Positions 53,874-64,000 of a DNA stretch of 64,000 bases are shown here, piece after piece. The notes under the pieces were generated by a model that was given only the letters and a program-made list of their open reading frames with translations, made no database searches and had not been told where the DNA came from. The DNA is from Nageia nagi (taxonomy: Eukaryota; Plantae; Pinophyta). The stretch spans positions 28,148,001-28,212,000 of the forward strand of contig JBITNC010000001.1 in assembly GCA_050084985.1 (NCBI GenBank), given 5' to 3'. Position numbers and translations under genes: made by a program. The first letter of the stretch is position 1; every line of letters starts with the position of its first letter.

Positions 53874-54833
53874 TAATGATAATAAACACATGTCTTATAT
53901 ACAATAGGTGACTATGAGTTTTTGGCATGACATATTTTGATGACTTATAGTGCACCATTAATTAGTTTATGATGGCATTATGTGATTCATCTATCCTTGT
54001 TGAGATTAATATGTTACATCTAACTGATCTTGTTATTTGAGCAGGTTATGACTTGTAGGTTCCTTTGAGATTGTAGGTTACTTACCTCAGGTATGTAAAA
54101 TCTTGGAGACTCTTCATGACCTTAAGTTGGATGACTACTTCATGTACATTGAAACTGGTTGTGGTTAATGATTGTATTTGGCAAAGTAGTGAGTCTCAAA
54201 TTAGATTTTTCTTATTTCATAATTATGTAAAAAAATTTCATTTTTATTGTATCTATTTGAAGGAGAACTCTCTTACTTTCTCTTCTTCTTCTCTCTTATT
54301 CGCTCTATCTCAATATTGCATGAAGGGGGAGTGTTGGAATGTATAATGCATTATTGTAAAGGTTTTGTAATAATCTTCTATGTAAATTCACTAATACTTC
54401 AAGGTATCTTTTAATACATTAAGTATTTAAGTGAATATGATAATGTAACTTGTCCTACACTCCATTTCATGAGCATGCCCCTTAGGTAGAAGGATGTGCA
54501 TGCCATGCTATTATACATTGGATAAAAGGGTGATCCAAAGAGAGATTTTGGCCTACAAATAGAAAGCTCCCTCTTTGTGATTACACACCAATTATGGAGA
54601 AAAGTTATGCCATAGGATAGTGGTTAGGAGAAAAGAGTAGGAAGATTGTAAGAGTTCATATTTGTTAAGAAGAGAGATCTAGTTAGTGGATGTACTCCTA
54701 GTTGAAGGAACCACTTACATCTTGTGTTATATTTGTGAGATTATTTTGGGTGATAGTTAGATGTGATTGAGATATTTCATGTTATCTTGGTAGTTTAAAA
54801 TTATTCTTGTTATAGTTTAATTCTCTCAAATGT

Positions 54834-56417
54834 GAAGAAGTGAATTTGGCATTAATGAGAATAGTTGTGAATAAACTTGAACCTTAAACGATTCATGAAA
54901 CTATTAAGTTATCATATTGGAAGTCAACCATGTAGGCTAAATATGATGCGCTAATGAGAAATAACACATGGAAGTTGGTAGTTATTCAACCAGGGAAAAA
55001 GGTAATTAGATGAAAATAGGTGTTAAAAATAAAATACAAAGTTGATGGGATAGTCAATAAGAATAAGGCCCAAGTTATTGCCAAAGGATATGCTCGATAA
55101 GAAGGTATAAATTATGAGGATACTTTTGCTCCCATGAGCAAGATGAAGATCATCAAAATTGCTTTTACAATGGCAGTATAATTTGGCTAAAAAGTACATC
55201 ATATGGATGTTAAAAGTGCCTTCTTGAATGAAGATTTATAAGAAGTCTACATGTAACAACCTTAAGGGTTTGTGGTTGATCCAGGTCAAAGAAATGTGTG
55301 TAGATTGATAAATTCTTTATATGGTTTGAAATAAGCTCCACAAGCTTGGTACATAAAAATTGATTCCCATCTACTACAAAATGACTTTTATAGGAGTTTG
55401 TATGATCCTAATCTCTATCTTCAATAACATGTTGGGATATTATCATAGTTGTAGTATATGTCGATGATCTAGTTATCACATGTAGTATTATGAAGTTGAT
55501 CACATCTTGCAAAGATGACCTTAAAATATCATTCAACATGATTGACCTTGGTTTACTTCACTATTATCTTGGATTATAGTTCTAGTGTATGTAAGATCGA
55601 ATATTTTTTTCATATATGAAGTACACTAAGAAGTCATTGGTGAAATTTAAGATGAAATATTACCAATTGATGTTGATGTTAGTTGAACTTGATTTATATT
55701 TATCATGCCATGATTATTATCCACTTGTAAATGCAACTCTCTATTATTAACTTATTGGAGGGTTAATTTACCTAAAATACACCTGGCCAAATATTTGCTA
55801 TATCATTAGCTATCTTTTATTATTCATGTATGAACCAAATAAGGTCCATTAAACTACAACAAAGCATATTTTATGGTACATCCATGACAATAATAGTTAT
55901 TGCATGGAGTACTAGAAGAATGATAAGTTCATCTTGTCTAAATACATAGATGCAGATTATGGAGGGTCTTTAGATGATATAATATCAACAACATGATACA
56001 TGTTCTTCCCTAGAGTTGGACCAATTTCGTGGGGTAGCCAAAAACAAAGCATCACACCAATATCTACCATAAAGTTAGAATATTATACTATAGGAGATGT
56101 TGTTTATGAAGCAGTATGGTTATGTTGTATTTTGATAAACATTATAATTCCATATAAAAATCCATAACTTTACATTTCAAAAATCAAGGTGTACTGAAAC
56201 TAGTTCAAAATCTCTATTTTCACGAGCGCACCAAACACATTGAGATACAGGTGCACTTCGTTTAGGATCATGTTTCATTACATAACACCTAGCTCCACTA
56301 CATTTCCATGAAGAAGAAAATTATAAATATATTCACCAAATCTCTTGACAATGGAAAGTTTGAATGCTTTCAGAGCTTCCTCTCATGTCCTCTAAAGACC
56401 TAATGTATTATGGGGGG
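54834..56417 (+). pseudogene. Older, different copia RT-RNase H remnant
   Basis: YDALMRNNTWKLV, AKGYA, TFAP, MDVKSAFLN, LYGLK.APQAW, VYVDDL, PISWGSQKQ and FHERTKHIE motifs; PPT gggggg at 56412-56417. Confidence 0.88.
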
Positions 56418-56686
56418 TATTAGAAATAATACATTATATACATTTAGGTATCTATATTAGATAGATATATTAAATAATAAATTAGTATTGTTACTAATGT
56501 TTAATATTAGAGATTAAATACAAGTTAGAGAGGCTTTTAGAGGGACCATTATTCTACTTGATTGTAACTCCCTCTTTAACTTATATTTAATATCTAGTAT
56601 TAAACATTAGTAATAATATTAATGTATTATTTAATATATCTATCTAATATAGATACCTAAACGTACATAATGTATTATTTCTAATA
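56418..56686. repeat. Long inverted repeat (116-bp arms, 37-bp spacer) in the 3'-LTR position of the old copia
   Basis: Arm 56418-56533 is the near-perfect reverse complement of arm 56571-56686. Confidence 0.92.
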
Positions 56687-57691
56687 AGAATGACTATAAT
56701 TGGTGGGTATCTTATTGGAAAACATGGGTGGTCCTCTAGTAGAGAAGCCTCCTACCTTGAATTTTTGAGCTCAATTTGTGATGAAGAGATATTAATTCAA
56801 TAAGAGTATCATTGGGAATGTATAACAACTTTTGAGATTTGCCTAAATAAACAATGCATTGGAATTTAACTTTTTAGTTAGAGATGATGCATAGTTTCCT
56901 ACATAAATAATTAGTATAAACTAATATTATAATCATCTTCATTACCTTGTCCATTATCTAATGTAGTCATGCTTAAATACAAAATGTAGGTGTTGATACT
57001 AAAAATTGATTAAATAATTAATTATAATAAAATATTTAAATGATTTAACAATAATAGAGAACAAAAATAATACAAATGAGATATAATCACTTATATTCTC
57101 TCAACTTATCAAATATGAATTCAAACGAATACAAACCTATCATTTACTTATTATGTATCAATTGTAGTCCATATTTGGCCAACATAGGATTAAGACAATT
57201 CATTCTCAAAATTCAACCCTCTATCCTGATCACTAGGTGTAAGGTATTGACATATTGTTGTGCATCAATGTATGGGGATACGTTGGTATACAACTCTTCA
57301 GGTTCCCCAAATTCTTTGGATTTGTATGTGTTCTCAAGGTTTTTGTTATAATCAAAATATCAATAAATAGGATTATTTACAATAAATTTAATTTAACTAA
57401 TTAACCATAAAATAATAGTAAATGATGACATGAAAGATGATAATGGCTAATTGATCTTGAATTATCAAACTAGGTTTACGAAAGACACAAACCTCTACTT
57501 TAATTGTCATGGTGAATGAAGGTGATATCTGATCAAAAGAGGATGAATGATGAGCTTCCCTGAATAATGGGACTACAAATCCAATGTCAACCTAGCATTC
57601 ATGCTAGGATCCCAATGGCACCACCTAGTTACCTTTCCAAATTACCTCCCCCTTTTGCTCGATGTTATTGTCTCACCTTCAATGCTAGGAA

Positions 57692-58265
57692 TGTCATACA
57701 TAAATGGATGGAAAATATCGTAAGAATGCAAATGATATGGAATAATCATAATAATGAAATACCTTTTTTAAGCTACCTAATATTCTTCACCAATAAGCAA
57801 TGTAGGTACTGCATTGTACCATTTATAATAAATGTAATATCATGTGCCTTATTCCATGGTATTTGGATCGTAATTGGCCTATTTAAAGGCTTATATTGTT
57901 AATGTAATTCATCCAATTCTTGATTCTACATCATTGGTACCAAAGCGTTGTTCAGCTCTCGTTATGGACCTGGATTAGATCTTCATTCTTCCTTATTGCT
58001 CCTATCTCCTGTCGATATCTTGGCAAGAGAAATGCCAAGAAAGAGGCCATTGAGCTGAGGTTCATGATTCCACATCCATCCACTTGGGTATTTCCACCCC
58101 CTCTGTAAAATCTACTTCCATTCAATGTTCAACTCATAGAGTTTGTGTGTCATTCTCTCTATTCCCACATTCAAAGTATAGCGAGGATACTGCTCCTTTA
58201 TGATGCTCCTCTCCATGAAGGGGGTTGTTTTTTTTTGGTTGGGCATTTTGCCACATCCACCATGT
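57692..58265 (+). mobile_element. 5' LTR, PBS and start of the internal region of another LTR element (target of copia copy 2)
   Basis: ...TACATCA at 57933 followed by PBS tggtaccaaagc; TATA-like ctatttaaagg; LTR start uncertain. Confidence 0.6.
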
Positions 58266-60779
58266 TGTTGGAATGTATAATGCATTATTGTAAATGTTTT
58301 GTAATAATATTCTATGTAAGTTCACTAATACGTAAGGGTGTCATTTGATACGTTAAGTATTTAAGTGAATATCATAATATAACTTGTCCTACACTCCATG
58401 TCATGAGAATACCCCTTGGGTAAAAGGGAGTGCATGACATGCTTTTTACATTAGGTAAAAGGGTGATCAAAAGAGGGATTTTGGCCTATAAATAGAAGGC
58501 TTCCTCTTTGTTATCATACACCAATTTATGGAGAAAAGTTATGTTAGAGGATAGTGTTTAGGAGATGAGTTTAAAAGGATTATAAGAGTTCATATTTGTG
58601 AATGAAGTGAGATCTAGTTAGTGGATGTACTCCTAGTTGGAGGAACCACTTACATATTGAGTTATCTTTATGAGATTGCTTTATGAGTTATTTAGATATG
58701 ATTTGTGAGCTTTCATGTGATCTTGGGAATATAGAGTTAGTTTTATTATATTACAACTCTTTCATTTGGTATCAGAGCTCCTTGGAAGCTCTTCTTCAAC
58801 ATCTTTTAGGTCTTCATTCCTCTTCCTACACTCCATTATTGAGGTAAAATCAAGAGAAGGTATATATTCTCTCCTTATTTATTTATTTATTATTAATTTA
58901 TGATACTAACATTTTTTTATGTTAGTTGCAATTTTTTGTTTATAAAATTGCTCTATATATATTGCTATAATTTTTTTTAAATAGCTTTTCCTACCTTAGT
59001 ACTTCTAAAAAAAATAATTGTATTGTACAATTATTTTTTAATACTAACGCAAAGAAAGGTAATTGCATTTTATTACTATTTTTTTTTAAATTACCATTTA
59101 CTTTGAAAATAATTTCAAAATGGTTTATTCAAGACAAAAGATCTTTTTTTTTTAGTCTATCTTTGTTTCAAAAAAAGGGGGAGGGGTCTAATTTTCCAAA
59201 AAATGGAGCGATTTATTGTTTTCAAAATGCAACAATAAAGAATTATTTTCCATCATACAATTTTTTTTTGAGGTGGCTATTTTTTGCTAAGTAATAGGTG
59301 ATTGAGTAATCTGATGCCCACTATGGCTTTTCTTCTCAGCCCTCTATGTCTTCAGAGAACCTTGTGTTATTCACTTGGCCTTCTGAGAAACCCTTACACC
59401 TCTCTCCTCCAAGGAAAATTCATACTTGTCACCTTCTCCTCATGCAACATCTTCCTACTTGTGTGATTTTTTTTGTCTCCTCTCATGCAACCCTCCTACT
59501 CATTGCATCCTCCAATTTCATGTGAGCTAGTAAAGAACCCTTACATGTTGTTATAAAGGTCCTTGTAGCCTTCACCTCTTCTCAAAACCTTCATTCGTGT
59601 CATCCCCTCGCTCCATCAAAGCCTCTTTTCTCTTCGTGTGGAGCCTCTCCATGTCAGGCCCTTATGACTAACCTTGCTCCTTCTCACTCGACATCTATCA
59701 TTCAGCTACCTTCCATCTCCTTCCTCCCTGTTGGAGTTGCTTGAGAGGAGTATATATATATATTTTTAACCATCATTGTGCTCTTCACCTAATGTCTATC
59801 ATTCCTTAATAAACATGCCCTTCTTGGTTTACGTAGGGGGTAAAAGTCTTTTTTATTATTACTTGGAGTAAACTCTAGCTCTAAATTTAAAGCTTGAGTA
59901 AATTTTAAAGTTTTTTTTTATTACTTGGAGTAAACTCTATCTTCAAATTTAGTGCTTGTCATCATAATATGGAGGTTATGGCAAATTTAGTAAACTTAGC
60001 TAATATTGACTTTTGCCTTAAATTGCACAATTATCTTTTGTCTTTTTTTTTTTGAAAAATAAGATAAATAGTGCAAAAATTAGCATTTTTTTTACCTTAC
60101 TACTTAGGTAAGAATGATAAATAAATTTTCCCTTAGTTAAATTTATAAGGTTAAAATTGCAATAAGATTATTGAAGGGACCTTTTTAAGTAAAAAGGGAG
60201 AATCTTTTGTGAATATATTTTACTTAAAAATCCTTTTGCAAATGTTAAAATGCACTCCTATCAATATTATTGGATACCTCTTAAGTGTTTACCTTAATGT
60301 TCCTTTTTTAAATAAGAATGCAAAGTATGGAAATGATGGAATATTTGATGGATTTTTTTTCTTATGCAAAGTGATAGATAAACTTATGCAAATTAAGGAA
60401 ATGATGCATTTTTATGCCTCTTAAGTGTTTGCTTTAAATTGCTTATGAATGGACTTATTATTGTGTGCAAATAATGTATGCTTACCACTTAGAATTATAT
60501 GAATGATTTTTTTAAGTATTTAAATGTCTTATGAAAGAACTTGAGCAAATTCTCTATTTTTTCTCACGTAAAGTATGGAATGGACTTATAAAAAATAAGG
60601 AATGATGTAAAGATGTCCTTTAAAGGTTGGTAAATAAAATCCATTGAACTCTTAAGGTTCCAAGTTACAAATAGATGATGTTTTACTTATGCACTTTACT
60701 TCATGTTTTTCATTTTTACTTTATTTACTTATACAAAAAAAATGCAAAATTGATATGAGCAACCCCCTAAAATGAACAC

Positions 60780-60988
60780 ATCCACACATACATTCCATAA
60801 CATGACTTGTTTGGGGAGCCATGAGGTGAGGATAGGTGGAATGGAGCCTTTAAGTTCGATGATCCAAATGGTGAAAGTTTGTACTTCTTAATTGCCCTTA
60901 AGTCCTCTGTTGGTCTGGACATAACTCCAATAGGTGGATAAGCTTATGTGTAGTGATACCATATGTTCGTACATCCATTCAGGGATTA
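60780..60988 (+). ncRNA. Putative structured cis-acting RNA domain in copia 5' leader (copy 2)
   Basis: Homolog of 48970-49180 with covarying stems. Confidence 0.65.
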
Positions 60989-61411
60989 TCTTGATGACCT
61001 AGGATGACAATTTGAAACCTAATCAAGATTAATAAGTTGGTCGATCCAATAAACATCATAACCTTAGAAAATAGTAGGTACTTCTCCTTGTGAGAAAGTA
61101 TAATATTGACCAAGGTGAACTGATGGAGGATTGGTAGTAGTTTGGATCCTCTTATGTAGGCATCTAGGTGAAGGCCTAATTTTAAATAAAAACAAGCCTC
61201 AACAATCTCACTTTTCATATATAGTTCTCAAGATGAGAAATGTATTTAGGTAGATGGGTTATTATTTGAGTTGTAAAACATTTGCACTAGTGAATCAAAT
61301 CAAGCATGTCTCAGTTAATTGAATATAACATGTATTACTTAGTTAAAACTTAACATATAATGTTGAATATTGAACCACATGCTTATTATTTTTCATATTA
61401 TTTTGTAGCAA

Positions 61412-64000
61412 ATGGTAGACTCCTTTTTACCCAAACACATTCATGATGGTTCTAACTTTAGGATTTAGGAACCATGGATGAGAGCTGAATTACAGGCAAG
61501 GAAGCTTTGGAAAATAGTGAATGAGAACCTTGTTGCTCCTACATATGAGAAGGCACTTGAGACATATAACACAAAGAATAAGTTAGCTACCTCCATGATT
61601 TTTTATGTAGTTTTAGATTATGTGCTCTTGATGATTTCCACTTCAACCTCAGCAAAAGAAGCTTGGGATAAGCTTAAGCAAATCTACCTTGGTTTAAAGT
61701 TTTCAAGAAAGTTTGCTATTATTTAAAAGTTGTTTTAATCTCATTAAGGGGAAGATGAAAATATGGCTATCTACTTAAACAAAATTATTAACCTTAAGAT
61801 CCAACTTATTACTTGTGGGTGCAATTTGAACAATGATGAGTTCATGGTCTTTATCATTCTTCAAAGCCTTTCTTCAAAGTTTCTTAACTTTGTGATGGTT
61901 ATGGAAATTAGGCTTGATGATAAAGAATAAGTCTTCTCCTTTAAGAACCATTCTAGGCTCTTTTTGAAGTATGAAAAAACCCTTAATAAAAAGGTGTTGA
62001 TTTCTTCTCCTAAGGATAATAACATTGCTCTTGAAGCAACCAAAACTCATTTCAAAAAGAAGTTCAACCATCAAAAGAAATATTATCCTTCTTTTTACAA
62101 AAAAATTGAGAAAAGAGGCAACGATAACAATAGGAACAACAACAAAAGTGGTAGAAATAATGGCAACAATAACCACTTCAAGTAAAGAGATGGTAAAGAT
62201 AAAGCAAATAATTCAAATCCTAAGGCCAAGTTTGATGGAAATTATAACTATTATGGCATCCAAGGTCACAAAGAAGTTGATTTCTATAAAAAGAAAAAAA
62301 AGAAAAAGAATAAAGGTAATCAAAATGTAAAGAACTTTAAAGGAAAGAATAATATTCAAGCTGGTTTTGCTACAATGTTCTACTCCATGTCTCGCACTTT
62401 TTTATTTGATTGGATTATTAATTATGGTTGCATTAATAACTTATGTTTTGAAAAATATATGTTTGAAAACTTTCACAAGTATAAGAAAGATGCAATTGTG
62501 ATAGGTGATAACTCTATCCTTTAAGTCCAATGAATCAGGAGTGTTTTGATTCACGAGAAGGTTCTAACAATGTTCTCTATGTTCCTAAGCTAAGGATGAA
62601 CCTTCTCTCTATGATCCAAGTTGCAAGGAAAGGGTACTCATTTGATTTTGACTCATAATCTTAGTCCATAAATAAAAGTATTACCATGTTGGTTAAAGGG
62701 TCAATGAAAGATTATCTATACATTATGAATCAAATTCCAACAAAAATGTGTCTTACTACAAGTGTGTGTTCTAGAGGCAATCTTTGGCACCATTGTTTAA
62801 GGTACTTTAACCATAAGAGTATTCAAGTCATGAAAGACCAAAAACTTATGAAAGATTTACCTTCAATTTCATCTTCAATTGGTCTATGTGAGAAGTGCAT
62901 CCTTGACAAGCTGCATAGAGGAAGGTTTGAAAAGGATAAGGTAATAAGAGCATCTTAATCACTTCAACTTGTGCATTCAAATTTGATGGGTCCATTTAAA
63001 ACTAAGTCTCTTAGGGGAGCATCTTACATCTTCACCTTCATTGATAACTTTAGTAGGATGACCTTTAGGTATCTACTTGAGCACAAGGATCAAAATTTTA
63101 AGAGTTTTAAGGATTTTAAGGTCTTAGTTGAGAATCAAACTAACCTTAAAATTAAGATGTTGAGATTAGATAATGGGAGAGAGTATAATAGCAATGAGTT
63201 CAATTTCTATTACACTAAATATAGAATGAAATGGTAGTTTACAATTCCATACACTCCTTAATAGGATGTTATTACTGAAAGAAAAAATAAGATAATTATG
63301 GAGATGGCTAGATGCATGTTAGGTAATCTTCCTTGTTTGTTATGGATTGAAGCTATGAGCACTACTATTTACACCTTGAATAGGTGTCCCATAAAAGTTG
63401 TTTAAGGTAAGACTTCTTTTGAGACACGGTTAGGAAGAAAACCTAACATCTTTCACCTAAGGGTGTTTGGTTGTGAAGCATTCTCCTACATTATTTCTAA
63501 GAAATGAAAAAAGTTAGATAAAAGAGCTCAAAAATGTATCTTTATGGGTTATGATAGTTATCATAGAGGCTATAGGCTCTACTCTCCATCCTACAAAGTC
63601 TTGTTTGTTTCAAGGGATGTAAAGTTCAATGAATTTCTTAAAGAATTTACTTCTAATGAGGATGTTGATGATCTAGATGATTAGGTAATTGCTCTTAGCT
63701 GGTTGGATATTCATATAGATAAATCACTTCGAGAATAAAACTCTCCAACATAAAGGGTAATTAGGAGTATGACCTTGAACAAATATTTATTTGCTAAGAT
63801 TGATAACAAGCGTGAGCCCTCATCTTTCAAAGAAGCTTCTATGCATGAGTGCTAAGGGAAGCCATGAAAGTGGAGTTAAAGGTGTTTATGAAAAATAAAA
63901 CTTGGGACTTGGTTCCTTATCCTAATGAGAAGAATGTAAGTAGCAATAAGTGGATCTACAAGGTCAAATTCAATTCTATTGAAGATATTAAAAAATATAA
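61412..64000 (+). pseudogene. copia gag-pol pseudogene (copy 2, partial)
   Basis: ATG at 61412; AKEAWDKLKQIY, GHKEVD, HSNLMGP, LRLDNGREY and KNKTWDLV motifs; many stops. Confidence 0.92.

Larger units (their letters stand above)
45816..54828 (+). mobile_element. Full-length decayed Ty1/copia LTR retrotransposon (copy 1)
   Basis: LTRs 45816-46320 and 54332-54828 (TG...CA); TSD AATAT / AATGT; PBS tggtatcagagc (tRNA-iMet) at 46323; PPT gaagggggag before 54332; domain order gag-PR-INT-RT-RH. Confidence 0.95.
58266..64000 (+). mobile_element. Ty1/copia LTR retrotransposon copy 2 (same family as copy 1; truncated by window end)
   Basis: 5' LTR 58266-58764 homologous to the copy 1 LTRs; PBS tggtatcagagc at 58767; gag-PR-INT-RT collinear with copy 1. 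Confidence 0.94.

Overview
Eukaryotic plant DNA, most likely a conifer or other gymnosperm (inferred from the 8-12 kb TE-filled introns and heavy CG/CHG deamination). The left 41 kb holds the 5' part of one gene on the minus strand, TIC236 (emb2410/SSG4, the TamB-derived TOC-TIC linker). Nine coding exons can be traced with GT-AG boundaries, plus a probable 5'-UTR exon, and the gene runs off the left edge. Coding exon 5 is 142 nt instead of 141 nt, a +1 frameshift in a T6 run. The introns contain two decayed hAT transposons, three hAT-type MITEs, a non-autonomous tRNA-Trp-primed LTR element, solo LTRs and a LINE fragment. The right 23 kb is intergenic nested retrotransposon DNA. It includes one full-length decayed Ty1/copia element, a second copy of that family cut by the window edge, and an older copia remnant whose apparent 3' LTR is a 116-bp-arm palindrome. 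The strongest novelty candidate is a multi-stem RNA domain in the ~3 kb 5' leader of the copia family. Hand alignment of the two copies shows eight compensatory base-pair changes, an invariant 13-nt loop and a GNRA tetraloop, with conserved splice signals nearby. All alignments and protein comparisons were done by eye or from memory; no database searches were run.
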